A DNA stretch of 64,000 bases from Lytechinus pictus (Eukaryota), in contig NC_087251.1 in NCBI RefSeq assembly GCF_037042905.1, positions 35,342,001-35,406,000 on the forward strand, in the 5' to 3' direction. Position 1 is the stretch's first letter. Each line of letters begins with the position of its first letter. The notes under the pieces were generated by a model. The model saw nothing but the letters and a program-made list of their open reading frames with translations, had not been told where the DNA came from and did not search any database. Positions 13,850-25,154 of this stretch are shown here, piece by piece. Position numbers and translations under genes: made by a program.

Positions 13850-14189
13850 TATATATATATATATATACACTACTCAAAAGGGTAGATAGCTCTGGGGAAC
13901 CTTGATTTAAGCTACGCCTACCATTGTTCTCTTCATCCATTTCTTTCACACAATATTTAAATATAAAAGAGTTGCCAAAGCTGTAGTACATGTATAACTT
14001 CACACATGTGTATACTTTCTCCCATACGTGTGCTGTATCAAAGCAATAGCTTTGATCCAGCTGAGGCATGGCGGCTTGTCATTGTTCAAAACCCACCTTC
14101 ACCCGACAAAGGAAATTATAATTGGTATGGTGTCGAAAATCTGTCTATCTGACGGTCAATTGAATCGGGGTCGCCCTAGCCACTAACCC

Positions 14190-14261
14190 GTCTCTGTGGT
14201 CTAGTGGTTAAGGCACCGGCGTTCAAAGCTGGGGGCCCGGGTTCGATTCCCGGCAGAGGCA
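14190..14261 (+). tRNA. tRNA-like gene, anticodon TCA (copy 1)
   Basis: Hand-folded 72-nt cloverleaf: GTCTCTG/CAGAGGC-A, D stem GTCT/AGGC, anticodon stem CCGGC/GCTGG with loop GTTCAAA, T stem CCGGG/CCCGG with loop TTCGATT. A and B boxes present, followed directly by TTTTTT. Function unproven. Confidence 0.6.
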
Positions 14262-14601
14262 TTTTTTCGGCATCACCAATTTTTCCAAAAAGGGTAGATA
14301 GCTCTGGGGAACCTTGATTTAAGCTACGCCTACCATTGTTCTCTTCATCCATTTCTTTCACACAATATTTAAATATAAAAGAGTTGCCAAAGCTGTAGTA
14401 CATGTATAACTTCACACATGTGTATACTTTCTCCCATACGTGTGCTGTATCAAAGCAATAGCTTTGATCCAGCTGAGGCATGGCGGCTTGTCATTGTTCA
14501 AAACCCACCTTCACCCGACAAAGGAAATTATAATTGGTATGGTGTCGAAAATATGTCTATCTGACGGTCAATTGAATCGGGGTCGCCCTAGCCACTAACC
14601 C

Positions 14602-14673
14602 GTCTCTGTGGTCTAGTGGTTAAGGCACCGGCGTTCAAAGCTGGGGGCCCGGGTTCGATTCCCGGCAGAGGCA
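14602..14673 (+). tRNA. tRNA-like gene, anticodon TCA (copy 2)
   Basis: Identical to copy 1. Confidence 0.6.
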
Positions 14674-15013
14674 TTTTTTCGGCATCACCAATTTTTCCAA
14701 AAAGGGTAGATAGCTCTGGGGAACCTTGATTTAAGCTACGCCTACCATTGTTCTCTTCATCCATTTCTTTCACACAATATTTAAATATAAAAGAGTTGCC
14801 AAAGCTGTAGTACATGTATAACTTCACACATGTGTATACTTTCTCCCATACGTGTGCTGTATCAAAGCAATAGCTTTGATCCAGCTGAGGCATGGCGGCT
14901 TGTCATTGTTCAAAACCCACCTTCACCCGACAAAGGAAATTATAATTGGTATGGTGTCGAAAATATGTCTATCTGACGGTCAATTGAATCGGGGTCGCCC
15001 TAGCCACTAACCC

Positions 15014-15084
15014 GTCTCTGTGGTCTAGTGGTTAAGGCACCGGCGTTCAAAGCTGGGGCCCGGGTTCGATTCCCGGCAGAGGCA
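15014..15084 (+). tRNA. tRNA-like gene, anticodon TCA (copy 3, one G fewer in the variable region)
   Basis: As copy 1, but the G5 run reads G4 (mutation or homopolymer error). Confidence 0.5.
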
Positions 15085-15424
15085 TTTTTTCGGCATCACC
15101 AATTTTTCCAAAAAGGGTAGATAGCTCTGGGGAACCTTGATTTAAGCTACGCCTACCATTGTTCTCTTCATCCATTTCTTTCACACAATATTTAAATATA
15201 AAAGAGTTGCCAAAGCTGTAGTACATGTATAACTTCACACATGTGTATACTTTCTCCCATACGTGTGCTGTATCAAAGCAATAGCTTTGATCCAGCTGAG
15301 GCATGGCGGCTTGTCATTGTTCAAAACCCACCTTCACCCGACAAAGGAAATTATAATTGGTATGGTGTCGAAAATCTGTCTATCTGACGGTCAATTGAAT
15401 CGGGGTCGCCCTAGCCACTAACCC

Positions 15425-15496
15425 GTCTCTGTGGTCTAGTGGTTAAGGCACCGGCGTTCAAAGCTGGGGGCCCGGGTTCGATTCCCGGCAGAGGCA
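15425..15496 (+). tRNA. tRNA-like gene, anticodon TCA (copy 4)
   Basis: Identical to copy 1. Confidence 0.6.
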
Positions 15497-15836
15497 TTTT
15501 TTCGGCATCACCAATTTTTCCAAAAAGGGTAGATAGCTCTGGGGAACCTTGCTTTAAGCTACGCCTACCATTGTTCTCTTCATCCATTTCTTTCACACAA
15601 TATTTAAATATAAAAGAGTTGCCAAAGCTGTAGTACATGTATAACTTCACACATGTGTATACTTTCTCCCATACGTGTGCTGTATCAAAGCAATAGCTTT
15701 GATCCAGCTGAGGCATGGCGGCTTGTCATTGTTCAAAACCCACCTTCACCCGACAAAGGAAATTATATTTGGTATGGTGTCGAAAATCTGTCTATCTGAC
15801 GGTCAATTGAATCGGGGTCGCCCTAGCCACTAACCC

Positions 15837-15908
15837 GTCTCTGTGGTCTAGTGGTTAAGGCACCGGCGTTCAAAGCTGGGGGCCCGGGTTCGATTCCCGG
15901 CAGAGGCA
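15837..15908 (+). tRNA. tRNA-like gene, anticodon TCA (copy 5)
   Basis: Identical to copy 1. Confidence 0.6.
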
Positions 15909-16064
15909 TTTTTTCGGCATCACCAATTTTTCCAAAAAGGGTAGATAGCTCTGGGGAACCTTGATTTAAGCTACGCCTACCATTGTTCTCTTCATCCATT
16001 TCTTTCACACAATATTTAAATATAAAAGAGTTGCCAAAGCTGTAGTACATGTATAACTTCACAC

Positions 16065-16103
<39 letters not shown>

Positions 16104-17074
16104 CTGTCCCTCAAGTATAAGCTATCGAATAAGGTGTTAGTATTGTATGGATGATAAATAGATGAAATAAATAGTGGTCATGAAAATGGTGTATACATAC
16201 CAAATAAAAAAGAATGAACAAAAACATATAAAGGTGATATTCTATACAATTATATTTTTAACCCGTAATTAGTAGTAGGCTTTGCAACATTAAATGTTGA
16301 ACGTGGCGTCAATTCTGTAATAAAAGTGTCTTTATCCCTTTTATTGCCTGACAATAGGATAATACAAATGTTGTATGGGTGGTAAAAGACAGTCGTTGCA
16401 TGCAAAATGTGACCTTTGCGTACTATTAATGCGTGACTTGACCTTGTTTTCACTACATGGATATCCACCGCAATGCAGCAGTCGCTTTCACAGCGGTAGA
16501 TAGTATGTACCATCGACCAATGCTTAAGGCTTCACACATTACATACGTAGTCCCTCTCAACCGCCATTTCGACGCCATATGGAAGGATTCAGAATTTTAA
16601 AATATGAACCAAAATGGCTTCAAAGGGAGAGTTAGCTCGTGGTATCGGTAATGGTATACGGGATTGTTATTTTTAACCTCATTTTTGCAAAATGTAACCA
16701 ATTAATGCATTTTGATTCATCCGTTTTGCATAAAATGGCATTAATTACTTTATTTTGGTTTGGCTGCTCCCGAATGCATGAATGGGTAACTGAGGTATTT
16801 GCAGTATTGTCTTTATTAGAGGGAGAATTTCCATTTGGGGGATATCGCTCAATACTTGTCTGGTCATTTCTCGTTAAAACACCCTCCTTTGTACATGTTG
16901 TGGATTGGATTTGGCATGAGTCAATAAAGTCAATAATAAAGTATGCTTCAACTTAGAGTGGGAGTGAAACCCTTCTGATTCAAACAAACTGGTATATCGC
17001 TTTACCTATTATAATCTCCGTGAGTGAATCGTTATTGGCTTTCCAATATCGGTTTCTTTTCGGTAATTTGGCTT

Positions 17075-17502
17075 TGGTTTATTTCCAATACGTCTAATGC
17101 CAATTCGTCCAATTGCCAACTCGTCTACCGTATCATTTGGTCTACCATCAGTTCATCCACTCACCACATGGTCAACTTTCATTTAGTCTAATGCCATTAT
17201 GCCTAATAACCAGTTGGTCCAATGGCCATTAAGTCCATATACCATTTGGTCTAATTGGACTAATTGTTAAATTGTGCAAATGAATGAAAATGGATATTAG
17301 ACCAACTGGTTATGAGAGGAAATGGTCACAGAAGAAATGTTGATTAGACGAAGTGATGTTTTTTTACCTGGTTAATGGTTAATGGTTAATGGACCAAATT
17401 ATTGTTAGACGAAATGTTAATGGACGGGATGGCATTAAACTAAATGAAAGCAGACCATGTGTTGAGTGGACGAGTTGGCAGTAGACGAATTGGTAATTTA
17501 CC
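17075..17502. repeat. Foldback-type element with about 15-bp subrepeats
   Basis: The left half repeats (C/G)GTCTA/GTCCA motifs and the right half their complements (TAGACG/TGGACG). Confidence 0.7.
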
Positions 17503-18581
17503 ATTAGGCTTTCCCTAATTTATCGTATTGATTCTTTGTGTCATATCGAATGTGATGTTTAGTGGACATTCCCAGATATAATACTGATCCTTCATTCTAC
17601 GATGCACGATCTATTTTTTTTCTTCGAATTCGCATGAAATTGCACGCACCAAGAATATACATCCCGCCACAAGCCTCAGCTTTTAGGGTATATACGCCTT
17701 CTTCTTTAAACCCAACATGTACATATTTATATACTTCATAACAAATAGATTTTTGTATGAATTAATGTTTACGAAAAATGTAATGAAATGGAAGAAAATG
17801 AATGTTTATTTGATTTGAATTGGTTTTTCGCAAAGATGATTTCCCAGTTCCATGCGGTATAAAACGCATTGCCTTAAAGGGGGCCTGTTGTATAAAAGAG
17901 TTTTTGTTTTATTAATATTTGGAAGAGTTTTTTTCTGGCCAAAGTTTTATTGGCCTCTTCAAGTTTAGAGGACGCGCACTGAGTACACATACATGAGATT
18001 TAACGTTTAATAGTTTATGCGCGTCGGTACAATGCATGACTTTGTTAGAGATCCTACACAAAATAAGGAAAATTTCGTTATGGAAATGAACATTCTTAAA
18101 GGTAGCGCGTGAATTGAAGAAAAAAAAATCACTCGATTCGCTTTCCCCACTTTTAATGTAGAACATTAATTTGGGCTTTTGCTTTCTTGGGGTGTATATT
18201 CTTTGCTCTAATTTTAATAACATTTCTTCTTCAGATATATGCAGATTCACTTCACACATGCGTTTTCATTAATGATTTATGATTGTTAATGGGAATTTCT
18301 CAGTCACCCCATGTTTTGTTAATCTAGTACATAGTTCATAATTATTGCCACTTTTTTATATAAAAGCTGCGCGGTCTTTCTTAAATTGGGATCTGCCCTA
18401 ATTATCGCATCGTTGCTACGCAGTACTGACGAGTATGCTAATCCACCTCTTCTCCGACAGGATTCGTATGTTAGATCGAACAAAAAAATATAAGATTGAT
18501 GACCAGTATTAAATCACATAAAAAAACGATACCGTCCCGTAGGTAAAGATCGATTAGTTCTAACACGCTGAAAGGTGATCC

Positions 18582-18616
<35 letters not shown>

Positions 18617-19162
18617 AATCCCTCACGCATTCACACCCACACCTACATACACAATATCTCTCCGTTTTTCCAGTCTCTCTGTGTGTTTTTTTCTCTCTCT
18701 CTCTTTCTTTCTATCTTCTTGATAAATTAAAATCCCAGTACTTTACATGCAAGAACCTCTCATCATATCTACTCCTTTGCTAATTAATTTTCCACTTTAA
18801 TTCATTGAAAATAGAAACGTTATTAGACGGTATTATGTGTAATTATTCCTCGTAAAATTTCCCCAATCGCATTGAATATGGTGCAGACTTCTCCGCATTA
18901 CATTACTCACAGGTATTACACAATTTCGAAGATATCAAATAAAAGTGGTATCACTAGAGAGAGATTGAGATAGATAAAAAGGTAAAATTAATAAAAGACA
19001 GAAGAGGAGAGGGGGAAGAGAGTGAGAGAAAATGGTGCTATTTTCATTTCAAAGTTCCCTCACTCTTTTGTCTGTATTATCTTCGTGATCTTTTCAACGG
19101 AAGTGCATTCATCTATACTCCTGCAGAGTTTGGCGGCAAGCATTCATTTGATTCGGCGGCCG

Positions 19163-19264
19163 CAGTCACACCAACGAAACCGGCCCCAAACCGACCGATG
19201 GTCTGTCATTGGTAATAACGTAATACATTTGATCGGTCTGGAGTCGGTAGTGCCCGTGTGACTG
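19163..19264. mobile_element. About 100-bp MITE (CAGTCACAC...GTGTGACTG); relatives at about 21610, 21903/27330, 36826, 37275 and 52960-53055
   Basis: 9-bp TIR and a shared core ACCGACCGATGGT.TGTCATTGGTAATAACGTA. Confidence 0.7.
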
Positions 19265-20542
19265 TACCATTTAACACCATTTTTAGGCCTCACGGTCAAA
19301 ACCAATATCGGAAAATGGCGCGCATGGATACCTCTTTTTATCGATTTGACTGGAAAATTGGAAAGCTTTCTGGTGAAAAAAACATTTTGAGCTCAAAGTA
19401 ATGCATTCTTGATTGAATTCGCAAACTAGATACTTTTTATTTTTAAAGTTTGTGGTTGACTAAATGTGATTGTCACTAATAAAACTTTACTATCAGTATG
19501 TTTCTTGTATATAGAGTTGAGTTTTCATATAGTAAAAAATATTGAAAGCCTCGAGACTTAGACAGAAATTGCGTCTAATCAAAATATAATCGTAATTTAG
19601 AAAATCATTGTCTACAGTGTAGCTTCAATTACCCGGCTGACGAACATTATCAGGAGAAAAGTCTGGTTGTTAAAATAGGAACCTTCCAATAACTGTTGGT
19701 TTAAAAAATGAAATAATTAATTGAATAATTTTATCGTAAAAGTGATGATACAAACGATGTTTTTAAGAGGTTATAATACATTGTCGTGTTTAAGTACATA
19801 CATGCTAAGATTAATTCATCCTGCTATTCGCGTCGTTTGTTATGGAAGTATAGATTTTATTCAGAACTTTACCCAATACGTACAGGTCACAGTGATGCAC
19901 TCCGCCTTTCGCCCCCTAGGCACAGGTGACGTCAAATGAATATCAATGATAATATTTTAGAACAGCCTAATGTATATTTTGTATTATCTTGACGCAATCC
20001 GCTGTAGTGCCAGAATGATTTTTTTTCGTTTAATTTGTAAAGAGGAATGGTAAAAAAAAACGCAAAAAATAGCGTGTTGGTAAAGAATGGATTGCCACCC
20101 CAAAATTATGAAAACGAGGCCTGGATTGATACGCTTAAATGTTTTGATAATAATGATATGCCCGCCCCTAATGAACCTGTGCATGGTTGCTCATATTTTT
20201 CGTCTGACATATCTATAAAGATACAGAGGGCGTCTCTGTAAAGCATTTTTCAAATGACATGTGCGTACTTTTTTTTAGAGAGAGAAAACATGAAATGAAT
20301 GAGTAATAAATGAATTACATATTATTGGCTTATTTGACCATGTCCCTTTAATAGTTGACTGTGCAAAATGACCAATTTTGTTTATAATATTGTTGATAAA
20401 ATGCATATTAAAGAGCTGTGAGTACCGTGATCGTAAGTCTCGATTTGCTGAGGTAATAATAGGAGCTAAGAATGCGCAAAATATATATTGTTGTATCATA
20501 ATTATTGTTATTTAATTATTATGCGTTTTCTCCTTTGTATAG

Positions 20543-20719
20543 GTAAAACGTGTCGTCCAACAAGAAGGATACGTTCGAGTTAAGCGTGGATTCAAAGACC
20601 TTAAACAACTATACGAGAATTTTGATCTTCCAAAAGTTAAACAACCCAAGGAGGAAGAGCCTAAAGTATGGAAAGACGCACCATTTAACGACCCACTTAT
20701 CTCAAAACAATGGTTTATT
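20543..20719 (+). CDS. PCSK2: PC2 coding exon (primary propeptide cleavage site RVKR|GF)
   Basis: tttgtatag|...|gtaagt. Translates VKRVVQQEGYVRVKRGFKDL...PFNDPLISKQWFI. Confidence 0.93.
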
Positions 20720-21707
20720 GTAAGTATTTATAGAAATTTCATGAATAATAATCAAGAAGATTGATGGAAAATGAATATTGAATGCTCATTTTCTATATCG
20801 ATCTTCTTTTTTTTAACTCGACGCATGCATTTATTTTGATGATGATGATCAGATGATACAATATTATCCGACTGCTGCATGAATACCTCATTAGCTTTCA
20901 TGATGCCGGATATGTTTGGCATTTGAAGGCGCCACTGTTGTGACTTTCACACACAAAATCCCTTATATCGCGGGGCATATTTTTTAGGAGGTGGGGGTGA
21001 ATCCCTATTCTCGGGGTATGATGTGAAAATATTACTGTTTATATAACACGGTCCCACCCCCCCCCCCCCCACTTCGTCTCAGATTTATAGAAAATAATGT
21101 AAACATAAATTCCTCATACATGCAGACTACTTCATACCCCTGTTATTTGTGTACTCTCGCCAATTTGGAAAATCCAATGTCTAAACCGTAATTCGCCTAC
21201 CCCCCCCCCTCGACCCCCACCTACACATTTTCTAAGAAACGTCGGATATAGACCGAGACAAGAAAGACGTTTGACAATAGATGTTTGTGGTTTAAGAAAA
21301 ATATCGAGTCGGAGACCACCCTCAGGCTATGTTCTGTTGTTGCGAGATCGTATGACATAGGACAACAATCTCACGAGATAATATATAACTCTTCCATAGA
21401 TTTTATTTAAAATTGCAAAGGGAATGACCGCCATGAAGTCAACCAAGAAGTGCAGGTACACAGTGCCGCATACAATCTGACTTTTCAGAAGAGGGCTTTT
21501 ATCATCATGGGAGATGTATTAGATTCAAAAGGTGAAGGTTTTGTGTTCAATTTAACGCGAAGAGCGTGCAGTTTTAATACCTTTGTAGTAATGATACAGC
21601 CCGGTGATACAGTCACATCAACGAAGCCAACGCGAGACCGACCGATGTTTTGTCATTGGTAATAACGTACAAGATTTGATCAGCCTTGTTTTTTTTTTCC
21701 TCCTCTG

Positions 21708-21833
21708 GGGCCCGTTGCAGAAAGAGTTGCAATCAAACGCAACTCTAACAATCATGCGCAACTTGATTTTCAACCAATGAACAGCGCGCATTTTGTACTT
21801 GTTATTGATTTTTTGACTTTCTGCAACGGGCCC
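21708..21833. mobile_element. PIF/Harbinger-type MITE
   Basis: Perfect 17-bp TIR GGGCCCGTTGCAGAAAG with 3-bp TSD CTG. Confidence 0.8.
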
Positions 21834-23458
21834 CTGGTATGACTTGGGCATAAAGCTGTGAACTACGCGATGTGATGCTCGCGACGATGAGGTATCATGC
21901 CACGGTCACACTGGCTCAAGCGACTCCATCCCGACAAGAAAGTACTACGTTAGTAGTTAATGGATAGACCTGGGCTCACTTGACCTTTGACCTACTTAAC
22001 CTTTGACCTTTGACCTTTGACCGCATGACCTTTGACCCCAACTTCCGGTCACTGTGGACCCCGTGACCCCACCTTCCGGTCAATCATGACCTTTGACCTT
22101 TGGGTACGCGGTAAACAGGAAATTGGATAATGAAGCGCGGGACGCGATTTTAATTGGATAATGACTCCGCGTGGGGACGCGATTTTAATTGGATAATGAC
22201 TCCGCGTGGGGACGCCATCTTAATTGGATATGAGTCCACGTAGGGACTCGATCTACAGGAAATTTAATTAACCTCCGCGTGGGGTGATCTCCCGCGCCCT
22301 CGTTGACCCAGACTTCCGGCCAGCCACAACGTCACCATGAATCGGTATTACGACACAGTTACGCAACCACGGCCGTGATGTCATATCCCAGGGAATTACC
22401 CTTTACCCGGTATTGCACCACCGTGGCGCAATCGTCACGTATAGGATACGATGCACAAAACAGACGTATGATTTCTGCACAGTTTCCTATCGAAAAAAGG
22501 ATCTTTCTCCGCCTTCCAGCGGATATGTCAACCGCCTCGCATGACGTCACCGGCTACGCAAGCACCGTGATGTCATCCCAGGGAATTCCCCTTATCCCAT
22601 CGTATCGGTATGGCACCACCGTGGCGCAATCGTCACGTATAGGATACGATGCACGAAACAGACGTATGATTTCTACACAGTTTCCTATTGAAAAAATTAT
22701 CTTTCTTTGCCTACCAGCAGATATGTCGAACCCGATATGTCAAGTGCCTCGCGGTTCACGAATCGATCACCCCACTCACGACCAACGCCCGTCATTGAAC
22801 TTGGGGATATCCTATTCAAGGTGAAAGCCGGCTCTCTCTGTCTCTTATTACAACAATTATTGGTAATCCAACATGTGATTATAATCCTGATAACAGTGGC
22901 ATCTCAAGCTCTACTCATTCCAGACTTTCCCCCATCAAAACTCTCTGACTTTTCCATACTGTTTTGTACATACCTCCATACTTTTCATTTTAACTCACAT
23001 GACCTGCACGGCTCTCTGACCCGCAAAAGTATACTATATTGAAACCCGTAGACGACTCCTTTCAATCAACTTCATTCATCCGCAGTACAGATGGTGATAA
23101 CATGAAACACTATACAGTCAAGGATGATTCTTTATTATTACTATCATTTATTCTATTCCATTTCAATGTAGATAGGTTCAATTAGTGTATAAACAGCAGA
23201 TTTTGATACAAAGGTAAAAATAATGTAAGATATGTTCTCAAATTACGTTGTCACAACAAAATAATTAACTGTTCATTGTTAATACTAAAGTGAAGTTCTC
23301 GTTTTTTCTTTTCCTTCGCTTAACTTATTGGATTGTAACACGTGTCTATGGATGGCATTCAGAAAATATGAACACAATGAAGTTCAAACTGTCATTTATG
23401 CCCGCATTTATGTTGACGGCGTTTTCTTGGATTATTCGACAAGCTGAGGTTTGTGCCT

Positions 23459-24109
23459 TTAGTTGTAGGTTCCATCTTCACCCTCCGTTTCTTCTCCACC
23501 ATCATCATTATCGTCATCGTCACCTTGATACTGGAATAAACCATCGAATTGTGAACCATGCCTGGCTAACACTCTCTGTACGGCTTTCCGGAATTCCATG
23601 CCATTCTCTAATCTTTCCGTGAGATCGGACACGATTTCATGATTGATGTCAGCGTCTTCGAGGTACACGTTCTGCTGCAAGAACTGAGAGTACAGATCGA
23701 AAAAGATGCGTTTGACTGCCCAGAGTAGTTTCACGTGAGCCTTTGCTTTAGCGTCTTCTTCTTCCATTCCTTCTGAGATGTATTTCTGATATTTTTCGTC
23801 TCTCAAGTCCTTGGTGGCCGTCATGGCTTGCTCTAACCATCCTCGATAAGCGAGGTTGTCTTCAGTTTCTTCCATGTTTGTTGTCATTGACGATTCGTGT
23901 CCATCGCTTTCTGATACGCTCGTTTCGGAATCACCGTTGGATTCTTCAACTCTTTGCATTTGAGAGGATGGGTCGGATTCTTCATCTTCACTCGTTTCTT
24001 CTCCAGTATCATGCTCAATTTGTTCATGCCTCTGCATATCATACTTCCTACTAAAAGTTTTATCGCATCGTGAACAAGCGTAACGGTTGGACATATCCAA
24101 TATATTCAT
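23459..24109 (-). CDS. C2H2 zinc-finger/acidic protein, about 216 aa (left-arm copy)
   Basis: First ATG gives MNILDMSNRYACSRCDKTFSRKYDMQRHEQIEH (C-x2-C-x12-H-x4-H), then an acidic linker, a probable helical domain and an acidic tail. Confidence 0.8.
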   Translation of the reverse strand: MNILDMSNRYACSRCDKTFSRKYDMQRHEQIEHDTGEETSEDEESDPSSQMQRVEESNGDSETSVSESDGHESSMTTNMEETEDNLAYRGWLEQAMTATKDLRDEKYQKYISEGMEEEDAKAKAHVKLLWAVKRIFFDLYSQFLQQNVYLEDADINHEIVSDLTERLENGMEFRKAVQRVLARHGSQFDGLFQYQGDDDDNDDGGEETEGEDGTYN

Positions 24110-24201
24110 GCTGACTCGATGATTATTTGTTGGGAAATGAAGAAAATTAACGTTCAAACTTGTAATTATACGTAATCATGAAACGAGCGCGAAGGTACTT
24201 T

Positions 24202-24536
24202 GATTCTTACGGATGTTTACGGATTCTTACGGATGTTTACGGATTCTTACGGATTCTTACTCATTCTTACTCATTCTTACTCATTCTTACTCATTCTTAC
24301 GGATTTTTTACGGATTCTTACGGATGTTTACGGATTCTTACGGATGTTTACGGATTCTTACGGATGTTTACGGATTCTTACGGATTCTTACTCATTCTTA
24401 CTCATTCTTACTCATTCTTACTCATTCTTACGGATGTTTACGGATTCTTACGGATTCTTACGGATTTTTTACGGATTCTTACGGATTCTTACGGATGTTT
24501 ACGGATTCTTACGGATTCTTACGGATTTTTACGGAT
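24202..24536 (+). repeat. 10-bp minisatellite (CGGATTCTTA/CGGATGTTTA/CTCATTCTTA variants), left arm
   Basis: Directly visible tandem units. Confidence 0.97.
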
Positions 24537-24615
24537 TAATCAATGCCTTCATATAATCTCAAGGAAAATATGTTCATCCACGCTAGAATGACCCATGTGG
24601 GTCATTCCAACGTGG

Positions 24616-25062
24616 ATCCGTAAGGATCCGTAAGAATCCGTAAGAATCCGTAAAAAATCCGTAAGAATCCGTAAGAATCCGTAAACATCCGTAAGAATCC
24701 GTAAAAAATCCGTAAGAATGAGTAAGAATGAGTAAGAATGAGTAAGAATCCGTAAGAATCCGTAAACATCCGTAAGAATCCGTAAACAATCCGTAAGAAT
24801 CCGTAAGAATCCGTAAGAATCCGTAAACATCCGTAAGAATGAGTAAGAATGAGTAAGAATGAGTAAGAATGAGTAAGAATCCGTAAGAATCCGTAAACAT
24901 CCGTAAGAATCCGTAAACATCCGTAAGAATCCGTAAACATCCGTAAGAATCCGTAAAAAATCCGTAAGAATGAGTAAGAATGAGTAAGAATGAGTAAGAA
25001 TGAGTAAGAATCCGTAAGAATCCGTAAACATCCGTAAGAATCCGTAAACATCCGTAAGAATC
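24616..25062 (-). repeat. Same 10-bp minisatellite, inverted and longer, right arm
   Basis: TAAGAATCCG, TAAACATCCG and TAAGAATGAG units. Confidence 0.97.
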
Positions 25063-25154
25063 AAAGTACCTTCGCGCTCGTTTCATGATTACGTATAATT
25101 ACAAGTTTGAACGTTAATTTTCTTCATTTCCCAACAAATAATCATCGAGTCAGC

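Larger units (their letters stand above)
13876..16072 (+). repeat. Tandem array of about 5.3 near-identical 412-bp units, each with a tRNA-like gene
   Basis: GGGTAGATAGC recurs at 13880, 14292, 14704, 15115, 15527 and 15939. Units differ by isolated single bases; (TA)n runs flank both sides. Confidence 0.97.

Noticed and set aside
14190..14261. Selenocysteine tRNA
   Set aside because: Despite the UCA anticodon it lacks the long variable arm and the 9/4 acceptor/T geometry of tRNA-Sec.
13830..16062. Repeated 79-101 aa minus-strand ORFs (MPQLDQSY...PGIEPGPP)
   Set aside because: Antisense translation of the tandem unit; PGIEPG is the usual shadow of a tRNA T arm.
22303..23042. 173-aa and 111-aa ORFs in the arms (and mirrors at 26222-26961)
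   Set aside because: Non-ATG starts, overlap with an internal DNA duplication and no recognisable motif; probably non-coding terminal sequence.
24202..25062. Possible CRISPR-like array
   Set aside because: Units are contiguous with no unique spacers, there are no cas genes, and the context is eukaryotic.
24178..25086. Six repetitive ORFs (ILTDSYGFLR...) over the centre of the palindrome
   Set aside because: They are open only because the 10-bp minisatellite lacks stops on that strand; there is no sign of a real protein.
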